A DNA stretch of 20,000 nucleotides from an uncultured virus (IMG/VR IMGVR_UViG_3300025770_000015) (IMGVR_UViG_3300025770_000015); one strand, 5' to 3'. Positions 1 through 9,567 are shown, numbered from the stretch's first letter. Numbers and translations are program-made. Notes: a model not told the origin generated them from the sequence alone.

Positions 1-2
1 AG

Positions 3-2066
3 GGTCAAGGCTTCACCTATCAGCCTAATGGTGGTGCTTATACCACCATCTGCAACTCATCTCAGTGTGTGGACGCAAGTCCTGCACAGGTGAAGGCTCT
101 CCTCTCAGCACCCTCTGTGCGAGAGATCAACGCTCAAGGAGAGATCAAGATGCCCTATGAGGCTGAAGCTCTCCCCATCTTGCGTGGTATGCCAGGTGCG
201 AGGTGGGATGGTGATCTGAAGTGTTGGACTGTAAGCCTCGCTCCGAAGGATCGTGAGCGTGTGATGGAAGGGGTTAAGCGTCTTAACCTCAGTTTCCCCA
301 TCGGGTTTGATGGTGTTCAGCACGACAGCACTGTCTTAGACGCTATCACTCGTGCAAAGAGTGGTGGGGCGTACACCTATCAGCTTGATGGTGTGAAGTT
401 CCTTAGTTCTCACGAAAACTGCCTCCTCGCAGATGACATGGGCTTGGGTAAGACACTCCAAGCTCTCATGGCTATCGAAGAGGGTGGTCGAGCAATCGTA
501 ATCTGCCCTGCAACCTTGAAGCTCAATTGGGCGAACGAGGTTCGCAAATGGAGATCTGATCTCTCCCCAGTGGTCTGTAAAGGTCGCAAGGGTTTCAAAC
601 TCCCTCAAGCTAACGAGGTGGTCATCATCAACTATGACATCTTGCCTACCGAGATGACCCCTACATCTCAGTGGGGCGATGACTCTGAGAATGTGCCACA
701 AGCGTGGCGTGATGTACTTGCAAAGACCGTCCTCATCGCTGATGAGGCACACCTCTGTAAGAGCCACAAAGCTATGCGTAGCAAGCGTACAAAGGTTTTG
801 AGCAACCTCTGTCAGCGATCTTGGGCAATGACAGGGACTCCACTCTTGAGCAAGGGTTTTGACCTTTGGGGAGTGGTCAGCACCTTCGGAATGGGTCGCA
901 CAGTGTTTGGTGGATTCAAAGGGTTCATCAGAGACATGAACGGTTATAAGAACTATCATGGGGGGTATGAGTTCGGCACACCTAACCCATGTGTACCTGA
1001 GAAGCTCCGTAGGGTCATGCTTAGACGACTCAAGACAGAGGTACTCACAAGCCTCCCTCCTAAGACTTACCAAGATGTACTTGTCGAGGTAGGCTCAAAG
1101 CGTCTGCTCAAGATGAGTGAGAAGATGCTCAAGGCAATGAAAGAGCATGGCTCAAGCTCACTACCCGACTTTAGCGAGTTTAGTCGAATCCGAGCCGAGC
1201 TTGCAAAGTCTCGTATCTCTGCTCTTGAAGAGATGGTAGAGAGCTTTGAGGAGGCTAACGAGCCTGTGGTCGTGTTCTCAGCACATCGTGCCCCTATCGA
1301 AGCTATGGCGAAGCGTCATGGTTGGGCTGTCATCATGGGTGATACTCATCAGTCTGACCGAGAGGACGCAGTACAAGCCTTCCAAGCAGGTATGCTCAAG
1401 GGTATCGCTTGCACCATCAAGGCAGGTGGTGTCGGGATCACGCTCACCAAAGCAAGCAAGATGATCTTCTGTGATCAAGAGTGGAATCCAGCTCTTAATC
1501 TTCAAGCCGAAGACCGTATCTGTCGTATCGGTCAAACGGCACAAAACCTTCAGTACATCCGACTCGTCAGCGACTGTGCTATGGATCTCCATGTCCTTAA
1601 GCTCATCGACAAGAAGAAGGCTCTCATCAAGGCTTCGATTGAGAAGGAATGTGGAGCTTTGACCTCTACCACTAGGACTAAGGGAGTGGCGATCAAACAA
1701 GAGACTCGCTCAGAGCGTGATGCAAGGGTAACTAAAGCTATCGCACAACAGGCTCAAAATGAGGTTCTAAGCCAAATCCCTGTGTGGACTAGTGTAATCC
1801 CCTCAAAGATCCTCAATCGTTCAGTAGACACTAATATACAAGCTCAAATCATCACTGCAAGTGAGGCTCTCGATGGAGCGTGTGATGGAGCGACTGATAA
1901 AGACGGAATGGGATTTAACAAACCCGATTCTTATGTGATGAAGAACATCAACTCAAGCGGTATGCTTCACGACCTCGACCAACAAGACCTCCTCAAGTAC
2001 ACATGGTCTAAGTTGATCAAATATCGAGGGCAAATCGGTCAAGTAGCACCAAGCCTGTTCATCTGA
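3..2066 (+). CDS. SNF2/SWI2-family helicase with N-terminal HARP-like domain (SMARCAL1-like); 5'-partial
   Basis: Motif I LLADDMGLGKT, Ia ICPATLKLNW, II ADEAH, III MTGTP, LRRLK, V AGGVGITLT and VI QAEDRICRIGQ are present. The N-terminal segment PYEAEALPILRGMPGARWDGDLKCW resembles HARP. The frame is open from position 3 (GQGFTYQPNGGAYTTICNSSQC), so the GTG at 69 is probably not the real start. Confidence 0.92.
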   Translation, partial: GQGFTYQPNGGAYTTICNSSQCVDASPAQVKALLSAPSVREINAQGEIKMPYEAEALPILRGMPGARWDGDLKCWTVSLAPKDRERVMEGVKRLNLSFPIGFDGVQHDSTVLDAITRAKSGGAYTYQLDGVKFLSSHENCLLADDMGLGKTLQALMAIEEGGRAIVICPATLKLNWANEVRKWRSDLSPVVCKGRKGFKLPQANEVVIINYDILPTEMTPTSQWGDDSENVPQAWRDVLAKTVLIADEAHLCKSHKAMRSKRTKVLSNLCQRSWAMTGTPLLSKGFDLWGVVSTFGMGRTVFGGFKGFIRDMNGYKNYHGGYEFGTPNPCVPEKLRRVMLRRLKTEVLTSLPPKTYQDVLVEVGSKRLLKMSEKMLKAMKEHGSSSLPDFSEFSRIRAELAKSRISALEEMVESFEEANEPVVVFSAHRAPIEAMAKRHGWAVIMGDTHQSDREDAVQAFQAGMLKGIACTIKAGGVGITLTKASKMIFCDQEWNPALNLQAEDRICRIGQTAQNLQYIRLVSDCAMDLHVLKLIDKKKALIKASIEKECGALTSTTRTKGVAIKQETRSERDARVTKAIAQQAQNEVLSQIPVWTSVIPSKILNRSVDTNIQAQIITASEALDGACDGATDKDGMGFNKPDSYVMKNINSSGMLHDLDQQDLLKYTWSKLIKYRGQIGQVAPSLFI

Positions 2067-2149
2067 AAGGAGAGCAAGAATGGATTTATAATAGCGTATT
2101 CATATAAGTATTAACACAACAACAAAACACTCTATAAGGAGAATCACAA

Positions 2150-4111
2150 ATGCCACACTCACCATTAACAGACAAAAACCCCACTCATTACTTGAAAAGG
2201 TTCGGGCGTGATGTCCATCCTTCTCAACACTTAAGAGAATTGGTACAAAACGCTATCGAGTCAGAAGCGACTAAGATTGACATCCTAAATGAACCCACAT
2301 TAGCGAAAAAAGACATCCTCAAACTTTGTGTTCGAGATAACGGTGCGGGTATGACCGCAAGCGAGATGTACAAATACCTTGGTTCGATGAACTCAAGTTC
2401 TAAGTCATCGAACTCAGACCCACACGAAAACTATGGGATTGGAGCTAAAGTTACAACTGCCCATAACAATCCTTATGGTGTGGTTTTTATGTCATGGACA
2501 AAGGGTAATCCTGTGGGGAACTTGGTCTGGCTTTCACTTGAAAATGATCGCTTTGGAATGAAGTCATTCCCTATCACAGATGAGTTTGAAGATGAAGATG
2601 GAGAGGTGTTCACTGAGACCTCAGACATTGTTTCTTACATTGACGGTAAAGCCACGAATGTAATCCCACTCCACCATGAAGACTATGGAGACTTTACTGT
2701 GGATGGAGTAAACTGGAATAAACATAAACCCAGATGTGGGCATGGTTCTGTCGTGGTTCTTATGGGTAAAAGTCTTGAGGACAACTCTTGGACTGATACT
2801 GAAGGTAAACTTTATTCTGCTAGGGGTGTTTCTCATTATCTCAATCAGAGATACGCATATATCCCCAAAGACACAAAGATTAAAGTGCTAAGAGGCAAGG
2901 GTAAATTACAATTACGGGTAGAGGGTCTACTAGCGACTTTTAGAGCAAAAGGATTCCTAAAAAGCCAATCGTTCGTTGAATGTCCAGATGGATTCAAAGT
3001 GGAAGTATTGATCACCGAAAAGCATTCTACTTGGAGAGAAAAACAAGGCAAAGAGTCTCGCAAACAGTTTGGAGGAAGCTCTCCATTACTCAGTTTCTTT
3101 GAAGTCAAAGACATTGAAAAGGGTTTTGTAGCTGTTCAATACAAGAGTGAAAAGACTACCGAACTTTATAATATACAGAGGGGGATTAATACTGCTAGGG
3201 ATTGGGGCTTGAGTTGTGAATCAGTGATCCCAAATGTGAAGTTAATCGTACACCCTCCACAGTTAGATGATACTAATCAAACTAAGGGAGTCTACCCGAA
3301 TGAAGGTAGAGATCAGCTCTTGTGGCGAGACTATGGGAGTTTAAAGGGGTCGGGTCGTAAACTTGATCTTAGTAAAGTAAGAGAACACTTTATTAATAAT
3401 ATGCCCCAAGAGTTGAGATCCTTGATCGACAATGCCTATGAAGGTTATCAAGGCAAGCAACTTGATATCACAAAGATCTTAAATCGCTGGAAAAGCATCT
3501 TTAAATCGAGAAATAATTTGGATGCTGTTATAGAGTCTCATGCTAAGGGAGATATTAACTTCGACCCCACAGGTATGGGGGGTACTAAAGAGTACGACAA
3601 AAAAGAGGTTGGAGACTCTAAAGGGGGGGTGCGTAAAGGACTTGAGAGCGGAGGACATGGGCATACGGGGGATGAAGAGAATAAAAAAGGCAAGGTTAAA
3701 GGTAGGAAAAGAAAGACAAAGAAGCAAAAAGACATCATTATCAGGTGGGAAACTAAAAGAGACATTGGATTTGATAGTACCAAGACAGAAGAAAAGTTCC
3801 TCTTCTTTGCAGTGGAAGACACTGACAGGATCGTGGTAACTGGAAACCCAAACCATGACCTTATTAAAGAGGTACTAGCTTTCTTTGTGGTCGAGAATAA
3901 AAAAGTACCAAAAGTCTTCATCCATGAGACAATAAAAGAGGTATATGAGGGTGAACTTCAATCTTACATCTTACACCTTCTTAACTTCAATAAGAAGAAA
4001 GGCTCTTCTGTCACCCCTTATCTCACCCACGAGACATTACAATCTAAGTTTATGGGGTGTCATATGCTATGGGGGAAAATTTCAAGGAAGATCAACAATA
4101 GGTTTAGATGA
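2150..4111 (+). CDS. GHKL (HATPase_c, MORC/Hsp90-like) ATPase domain protein
   Basis: GHKL motifs LRELVQNAIE, VRDNGAGM, NYGIGAK and GSVVVL. RBS AAGGAG lies upstream. A Lys/Gly-rich linker precedes the C-terminal domain. Confidence 0.8.
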   Translation: MPHSPLTDKNPTHYLKRFGRDVHPSQHLRELVQNAIESEATKIDILNEPTLAKKDILKLCVRDNGAGMTASEMYKYLGSMNSSSKSSNSDPHENYGIGAKVTTAHNNPYGVVFMSWTKGNPVGNLVWLSLENDRFGMKSFPITDEFEDEDGEVFTETSDIVSYIDGKATNVIPLHHEDYGDFTVDGVNWNKHKPRCGHGSVVVLMGKSLEDNSWTDTEGKLYSARGVSHYLNQRYAYIPKDTKIKVLRGKGKLQLRVEGLLATFRAKGFLKSQSFVECPDGFKVEVLITEKHSTWREKQGKESRKQFGGSSPLLSFFEVKDIEKGFVAVQYKSEKTTELYNIQRGINTARDWGLSCESVIPNVKLIVHPPQLDDTNQTKGVYPNEGRDQLLWRDYGSLKGSGRKLDLSKVREHFINNMPQELRSLIDNAYEGYQGKQLDITKILNRWKSIFKSRNNLDAVIESHAKGDINFDPTGMGGTKEYDKKEVGDSKGGVRKGLESGGHGHTGDEENKKGKVKGRKRKTKKQKDIIIRWETKRDIGFDSTKTEEKFLFFAVEDTDRIVVTGNPNHDLIKEVLAFFVVENKKVPKVFIHETIKEVYEGELQSYILHLLNFNKKKGSSVTPYLTHETLQSKFMGCHMLWGKISRKINNRFR

Positions 4112-6529
4112 TTAACTGCACTTCCCATAACCACAATCGGTACATGAAACACACCCGTCTTGATAGATCAACGAGTCGTTTCCACAGTCATCACATCTTT
4201 TATCACTGGGTACTTCTCCGTTCTCTATATACCCTTTCAAGATACGAGCAATGCACTTACTGAAGCTGAACATATCGCTGTTTCGATCTTTCAAGAGTTG
4301 CTCGACCATAAACTTAGCTTTTGCTCCATGTCTCAAACCTAATGAGATCATACGAGCAAAGGCTAAGTTATTTGGGTTATTGAAGACTGAGACTACATCC
4401 TTTATGACTAGCCCTTCATCTCCAATATGCAGATCATACTTACCGTTTTGAGTTTTGAACTGACGCTTAGAGATTTTCCCTGTGGTGTACTTCTTAGGGA
4501 TCTCTATCAAACTCGCTTTCCCCCCAAATATCTCATATGGTTTATCTTCAAGCAACCCGACTAAAATGATCCATTTCTCACTTTGAATCTGAGAGTAATG
4601 AATATCACACTCAAGTAGAGCAGGTCGTTTTGGAGCTTGGTTTTGTGGGAAAGTTTCTTTTTCTTTCTTTGTCACCAAGACACCAGATCTTGAACCATCA
4701 ACATAAACAGTGACCCCTTTTAACTTTAGTCTCCAAGATTTCAAGTATATTTCACTGACCGTTTCCTCTGTCGTGTCTGAGGGGAGATTTATTGTGGATG
4801 AGATAGCATGGTCAATATGCTGTTGAATGGTTGCCTGGATCTCTACTCTTTTTTCCCATTTGATATTCTGACTTTCAGTGAAGAAATCTGGTAATGGTTG
4901 ATCTGGATTTAATGTTTTCCACTCTAAGATGTTGTGGTGGAACACTTCGTACTCATCCCAAACATCACCGACATCATCTACAAAACTTTTTTCAGTTTTG
5001 TTCTTCTCTTCAATCTTCCTTCTTCGCACATAAGAATTACGAAAGACGGGTTCTAATCCAGAACTTGTCTGAGACATTAGAGAAACACTACCTGTTGGAG
5101 CGTTAGTCAAGATGCTGATGTTTCTTCGCCCATGCAGTTTGATCCCATCTTGGATTTCTTGAGGAAGAGACTTTATGAAGAGGTTGTCTTTTTCTAAGTC
5201 ATAATTGAAAGCTGGGAACGCACCTCGTTCTTGAGCTAGGTTTATGCTCTCTTTATACGCTTCACATTTAAGAGTCTTGTAGATCTCATCTGTTATTTTT
5301 AAAGCCTCATCACTATCATAGGGAAGATTAAGCCTAGCGAGTGCGTCAGCTAATCCATGAGTTCCTAATCCTGTGCGTCTACCATTTTCACAAGCAGTCA
5401 GTAGCTTTCCCCATAGGCTCTTTTCATCTTCGGTGTCTGATATTTGAATCAGGTTAGAGAGCTTTTCTAATTCTAACTCTACAAGATCATCGGAGAGTCT
5501 CATCGCACTTTGTACCGTTTTTGAGAAGTCCTCAAAGTTAAAAGCGGGATACTCTTCAAACGCATTTAGCACAAAGTGTTTCAGGTTGATGGAAATCAAC
5601 CTACAAGAGTCATAAGCGGACAAGGGGATTTCGGCACAAGGATTTGTGCATATCGTTTTGAACTCTGGATATGCATTTGCAGGTAGGTAGTTTAAAATGT
5701 TATCCCACATCAAGAGTCCAGGTTCTGCTGTAGTTTTAGCCGAACGAACAATTGTTTCCCATAGATCCTTCGCAGAAATCGTCTTTGTATGTGTTGGGGA
5801 TTCACTCTCCACAGGATACTGGAGTGTGAAATCTGAATCAGACTCCACGGCCTTCATGAACTCATCATTGATCCTGATGCTAATGTTAGCACCTGTCACT
5901 TTTGTGAGGTCATTCTTCATTGTGGTGAAGTTTTCGATGTCGGGGTGTCTGATGTCCATAGAGAGCATCAAAGCTCCTCTTCGACCATTCTGACCAACCA
6001 TGCGACAGACATGACTGTAGAAGTCGGCAAAGCTCCAAGCACCAGTAGTTGTACCCGCTGAATTTGAAACTTTAGAACCAGAGGGTCTTAATGAACTCAA
6101 ATCGAGTCCAACACCACACCTTCTTTTAAAGAGGTTAGCGAGATCTCGCCCTGCATTCATGATGCTACTCATGTCATCACTTGGAGACTCCACAACCACA
6201 CAATTTGAGAGAGAGGTATTTATTTGGTTGTTACCGATCCCCATCATAGGAGATCCTTGAGGTACGATCTTCTTAAAATCTTTTAACAAGTCATAGATGT
6301 CTTCCTCACTCATTTGTCCATCATTGGAAAACTTTGATTCGATCCTCGCAAATTCTGCACTTAATCTCTGGTGCATTTGATCTGGAGTTACCTCTAAGAA
6401 CTCCCCATGCTTATTCTTCAACGCATACTTTGAAACCCAGACCTGACTTGCCAAAGAATCCCCGTTAAAGTACCTTAATGATTCTTCGGACACCTTACTT
6501 AAAGAATACTCACCATTCATTATCCACAT
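4112..6529 (-). CDS. nrdJ: Class II adenosylcobalamin-dependent ribonucleotide reductase
   Basis: SLSNCVV, RRCGVG, TNPCAEI (catalytic N-C-E), RRTGLG, NAPTGS and SSGLEP are present, plus a C-terminal extension ending in CxxC...CxxC. There is no adjacent nrdB. ATG 6520 is better spaced from the RBS than 6529. Confidence 0.92.
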   Translation of the reverse strand: MWIMNGEYSLSKVSEESLRYFNGDSLASQVWVSKYALKNKHGEFLEVTPDQMHQRLSAEFARIESKFSNDGQMSEEDIYDLLKDFKKIVPQGSPMMGIGNNQINTSLSNCVVVESPSDDMSSIMNAGRDLANLFKRRCGVGLDLSSLRPSGSKVSNSAGTTTGAWSFADFYSHVCRMVGQNGRRGALMLSMDIRHPDIENFTTMKNDLTKVTGANISIRINDEFMKAVESDSDFTLQYPVESESPTHTKTISAKDLWETIVRSAKTTAEPGLLMWDNILNYLPANAYPEFKTICTNPCAEIPLSAYDSCRLISINLKHFVLNAFEEYPAFNFEDFSKTVQSAMRLSDDLVELELEKLSNLIQISDTEDEKSLWGKLLTACENGRRTGLGTHGLADALARLNLPYDSDEALKITDEIYKTLKCEAYKESINLAQERGAFPAFNYDLEKDNLFIKSLPQEIQDGIKLHGRRNISILTNAPTGSVSLMSQTSSGLEPVFRNSYVRRRKIEEKNKTEKSFVDDVGDVWDEYEVFHHNILEWKTLNPDQPLPDFFTESQNIKWEKRVEIQATIQQHIDHAISSTINLPSDTTEETVSEIYLKSWRLKLKGVTVYVDGSRSGVLVTKKEKETFPQNQAPKRPALLECDIHYSQIQSEKWIILVGLLEDKPYEIFGGKASLIEIPKKYTTGKISKRQFKTQNGKYDLHIGDEGLVIKDVVSVFNNPNNLAFARMISLGLRHGAKAKFMVEQLLKDRNSDMFSFSKCIARILKGYIENGEVPSDKRCDDCGNDSLIYQDGCVSCTDCGYGKCS

Positions 6530-6632
6530 ACCTTTCGATGTTTAGAAACTTAGTTCAAAAATAAGTTTGTTGAACCCCCCACCTTAAAAAGTACCAACCA
6601 AAGGAGGGTTTCAAAGAGGGTGTATTTATTAA

Positions 6633-7568
6633 CTATAAAATACCAAGCACTCCGACTTTAAATTTCAACCAGGAACTCCTACCACCAGAAACCACATTGT
6701 TTTCGCACTCATAAAGCACATTTAGAAGTCTTCTCAGATTAACAACCCCCCCAAAAGTATAAATCTTGGGTGTCATAAAGTTTTTTATGGCATAAGGATT
6801 TTTCCCTAAATCTTCTGCGATATGATCCAAAGACATCTTTGCTTCCACTCGCAGACCTACCTCAAGTAGGTTGATACAGTTCGACAATAAGATCCCATTA
6901 CAGACTGCCATCGTTTGATCTGTCTTGGACGAACGCTCTATCTTTTCACAAACCTTGATGAACGCTTTATGATTCCTCTCCATGATCGCATTTGAAAGAT
7001 CAATAAAGCTCGCTTCTGTTAAGTCAGAAATCAAGTTCATTACAATGTTGGGAGTGATCTCTTCTTCTTCCCCCACTGCATAAACATATTTGACGACTTC
7101 CCATCGTAAAGCACCAAGATCAATCCCTACACGATTAACAATTGCACGACACAACACAGGGTCGATCTTCTTCGCATACTTTCCAACATACTTATGCAAC
7201 CAATCACTCGCCCATTCTTTTTTCTGATCCTCATATTGAGGTTCGTCTAGTTTACGATTCAGATAACCTTCTAAGGCTTTCGGTAAACGATCATTCGTGT
7301 GAACTACTAAGACCTCACTACCACTCCTCGATTTGAGGTGCTGTTCTAACTTCTTGTTCTTTGTTGGATTGGTCAACACCACAAAGATCGGGTCGGTATC
7401 AAATAAACCAGATTCAAAAGATGATGTAAGATCATCTGTCTTAGCGTCTACCTCACGAACATCATATCCATTAGCCCGATACTCAAGGGTGATGTCTCTA
7501 GCTGTCAACTCAATCCACTGTTTTGATGACCCATATAAGACCATCACATTCTCATCATTCCCTCTCAT
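6633..7568 (-). CDS. DNA polymerase III delta-like (HolA-like) clamp-loader subunit
   Basis: The size (311 aa), N-terminal VLYG, SGLF, VGIDLGALRWEVVK (cf. G.dl..l..E..KL), ITPNIV, FIDLSNAI and LGKNPYAIK match the HolA pattern. It is translationally coupled to the upstream delta'-like gene. Confidence 0.75.
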   Translation of the reverse strand: MRGNDENVMVLYGSSKQWIELTARDITLEYRANGYDVREVDAKTDDLTSSFESGLFDTDPIFVVLTNPTKNKKLEQHLKSRSGSEVLVVHTNDRLPKALEGYLNRKLDEPQYEDQKKEWASDWLHKYVGKYAKKIDPVLCRAIVNRVGIDLGALRWEVVKYVYAVGEEEEITPNIVMNLISDLTEASFIDLSNAIMERNHKAFIKVCEKIERSSKTDQTMAVCNGILLSNCINLLEVGLRVEAKMSLDHIAEDLGKNPYAIKNFMTPKIYTFGGVVNLRRLLNVLYECENNVVSGGRSSWLKFKVGVLGIL

Positions 7569-8149
7569 TATTTAACCCCCAAGAAATAACCATATACGCA
7601 CACTTTGCGTATATGAGGTCGTTTAAGGACTGCTTTAAGTTCATCGTCATAACGCTCTACCAACCCCTCATCAACCAACACATCCACATATGCTTCAAGA
7701 AAAGCTCTATGTTGCCCCTTTTCGATCTTTTTAAGACAATCAGATACTAGGACAAGGTTTTCATCTAAAGTAGCCTTAGAGAGCGTTTTAGCGTCCTCAT
7801 AAAGTGGGTGTTGAGGTTGAGGCTGATAATGAAACCTCTCCCCACATCTTGAACGAATGGTTTCGGGTACAGAACCATAGTCTCTAGCCCATAAGATCAG
7901 TTCGGGGGCTGAGGGGTAGGGTTCTTCAATCCTCTTAAGTAAGATATCTAAGGTTTGAGGATTCGCTTCGTCAAGAGGACCTGCTACTAAGAGAGGATTA
8001 TCATGAGGCCAAACTTGAGAGTACATCTCCACAAGCTCTTTAACAGCGTCAGTCTTTAAGTCTTGATAGGGAGGTTTGATGAGGGTTTTCCCCTCCATGA
8101 GGTCAGATAAAGCCCTCTCTACTCCCGATCCATGATGTATAAACAGCAT
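7568..8149 (-). CDS. Shortened delta'-like (HolB/DnaX family) clamp-loader subunit
   Basis: TLDILLKRIEEP (cf. NaLLKtLEEP) and VPETIRSRC (SRC arginine-finger motif). Strong RBS AAAGGAG. No Walker A motif is visible. Confidence 0.7.
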   Translation of the reverse strand: MLFIHHGSGVERALSDLMEGKTLIKPPYQDLKTDAVKELVEMYSQVWPHDNPLLVAGPLDEANPQTLDILLKRIEEPYPSAPELILWARDYGSVPETIRSRCGERFHYQPQPQHPLYEDAKTLSKATLDENLVLVSDCLKKIEKGQHRAFLEAYVDVLVDEGLVERYDDELKAVLKRPHIRKVCVYGYFLGVK

Positions 8150-8214
8150 ATAGTCTCCTTTCTTTTACTCTTATAGGTTTTACCCTTTACATCAACTCGT
8201 AAGTTTCATATAAG

Positions 8215-8480
8215 AGTGATCGTGTCATCCCTTTGGGGAGTTGTCTCTAGTCCTCTTAAGTGAGATCAAGACAGGAGATGGATAACAACCATTAGGTGGG
8301 ATAGTCTACTTGTAGTACGCACCTAACGACACAAGATTAACTGTTCATACGCCGTGGCTTACATATATCCCTAACCTCTTAGTCGAGATTGGGTATGCTC
8401 CAGGGGAGAAGATCTGACTTAATACACTTGTTAAGTTTCATTCTAGGAATACCTCAACTAGATCAGATTAGTCTCTTGCC
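8215..8480 (+). ncRNA. Candidate structured non-coding RNA, family unknown
   Basis: The region is ORF-free and has nested stems: GTGTC/GACAC (8222/8328), GTTGTC/GATAAC, TTAGGTG/CACCTAA, CCTAA/TTGGG, CAGGGGA/TCTCTTG, GATCTGA/TCAGATT and CTTAAT/GTTAAG. G-U wobbles work on the + strand. TATAAG lies just upstream. Confidence 0.45.
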
Positions 8481-8496
8481 CGTAACTTACATTAGA

Positions 8497-8838
8497 TACT
8501 CTTTAGAGTAGATAAACTCTTAGAGGAGTATACTCTAAGAGTTAGTAAGATACGAAGTATCGCTAGAGTTAAAAATAATACTAAGAAAAAAACTACAACA
8601 ACTTTAACTGTTACAAGTTCAAGTTCTACATCTACGAATATAGCTTCAGCTAATATGAGTTCTTCTACTATATGTCCTATAACATCTTAACCTACATCTT
8701 CTACATCTTCGATTCTTCCAGATGTATGTCTTTTAAAGACACCTTATCAGTAAGGATAAGGTATCAAAAGATAGTATTTCCTCTTAGTAAACAGAGGAAA
8801 TACGATATAATCTCTCTAAGATACTAAGAGAGAGATTA
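8497..8838. repeat. AT-rich array of perfect inverted repeats plus CTACATCT direct repeats (candidate replication origin)
   Basis: Inverted repeats at 8497-8510, 8515-8543 (11 bp), 8549-8561, 8702-8726, 8727-8741, 8741-8762, 8762-8773, 8774-8803 (10 bp) and 8808-8838 (10 bp). CTACATCT occurs at 8626, 8692 and 8701. Confidence 0.75.
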
Positions 8839-8847
8839 ATAGAAAAA

Positions 8848-9171
8848 ATGAAATTAATAGAAATCAACCTATCTGGAACAAAGGAAGAAAAGGTAAAGAG
8901 TTTATGTGAAGCTCTTAGCAGGAGGTTCTCAGGTTGTACTCTCTACAGGACTATCGGTTATTGGAGTGATGAGGGTTATCTGTTTAAGGAATCTTATGAG
9001 GGTATCAAAGAGGAACAGGGGTATGGGATAAAGGTCTTAATAGAAGAAGATCTTGATCAAGTGGAAAAGATCATAAGAACCTACTTATCGGAAACAGAAA
9101 TAAACTGGGTTCAAGTAGTCTCTTATAGGGTAGATATTCATCATGTAAACTTGGGGAGTTTAAGGGGGTAG
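8848..9171 (+). CDS. Small hypothetical protein, possible PII-like fold
   Basis: 107-aa ORF with an F.G.T.....G.W...EE pattern and a weak RBS. Confidence 0.6.
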   Translation: MKLIEINLSGTKEEKVKSLCEALSRRFSGCTLYRTIGYWSDEGYLFKESYEGIKEEQGYGIKVLIEEDLDQVEKIIRTYLSETEINWVQVVSYRVDIHHVNLGSLRG

Positions 9172-9219
9172 TTCATATAAAGGTAAGTGAACTACCGACC
9201 TAAAAGGAGACTCACCCTT

Positions 9220-9567
9220 ATGAGTGATGTAAAAGATTTAAAAGAGCAGATCGTTCGTATCCGAAATTATACTGAGATTTCACAAATCACAGTCAGTCGA
9301 AGTGTAAAGATGCCTAGAGGTGGGGGGGATGTTTTTGTATCATTAACAGGCAACTATGGGGATCAAAATGAGTGTGTTGGTCCAGGTCTAAGTTTAGAGG
9401 ATGCAAGGGTTGCAACTCATTTACTTGGACTTGAAGCAAATATCATGGCTTTTCAACAAGCTCATTCAGCAGGTATCTTATCGGGGGAGCAATGCGAGAG
9501 TGCTATCCGACACACAAAGAACAACTTTGGTCAGCTCCTTATGAACCTAGATGGAGATAAAAAATGA
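9220..9567 (+). CDS. Hypothetical protein
   Basis: The ATG at 9220 follows AAAAGGAG and is preferred over the GTG at 9187. It overlaps the next gene by ATGA. Confidence 0.75.
   Translation: MSDVKDLKEQIVRIRNYTEISQITVSRSVKMPRGGGDVFVSLTGNYGDQNECVGPGLSLEDARVATHLLGLEANIMAFQQAHSAGILSGEQCESAIRHTKNNFGQLLMNLDGDKK

Noticed and set aside
105..5993. Antisense and alternate-frame ORFs over the helicase, GHKL and nrdJ genes (e.g. 336-1073, 1278-1700, 3479-3921, 5697-5993)
   Set aside because: They are shadows of well-supported genes and have no recognisable motifs.
4112..6632. Intein or intron in nrdJ, or a cobalamin riboswitch upstream of it
   Set aside because: The protein is of normal length with contiguous motifs. 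The ~100-nt upstream gap has only imperfect hairpins and no B12-box that I can recognise.
8496..8690. Stop-free frames on both strands across the AT-rich core
   Set aside because: There is no usable start codon with an RBS near the beginning of either frame, and the low-complexity repeats explain the lack of stops.
8497..8838. CRISPR array or transposon ends
   Set aside because: The palindromes differ from one another, there is no repeat-spacer periodicity, and no cas or transposase gene is present.
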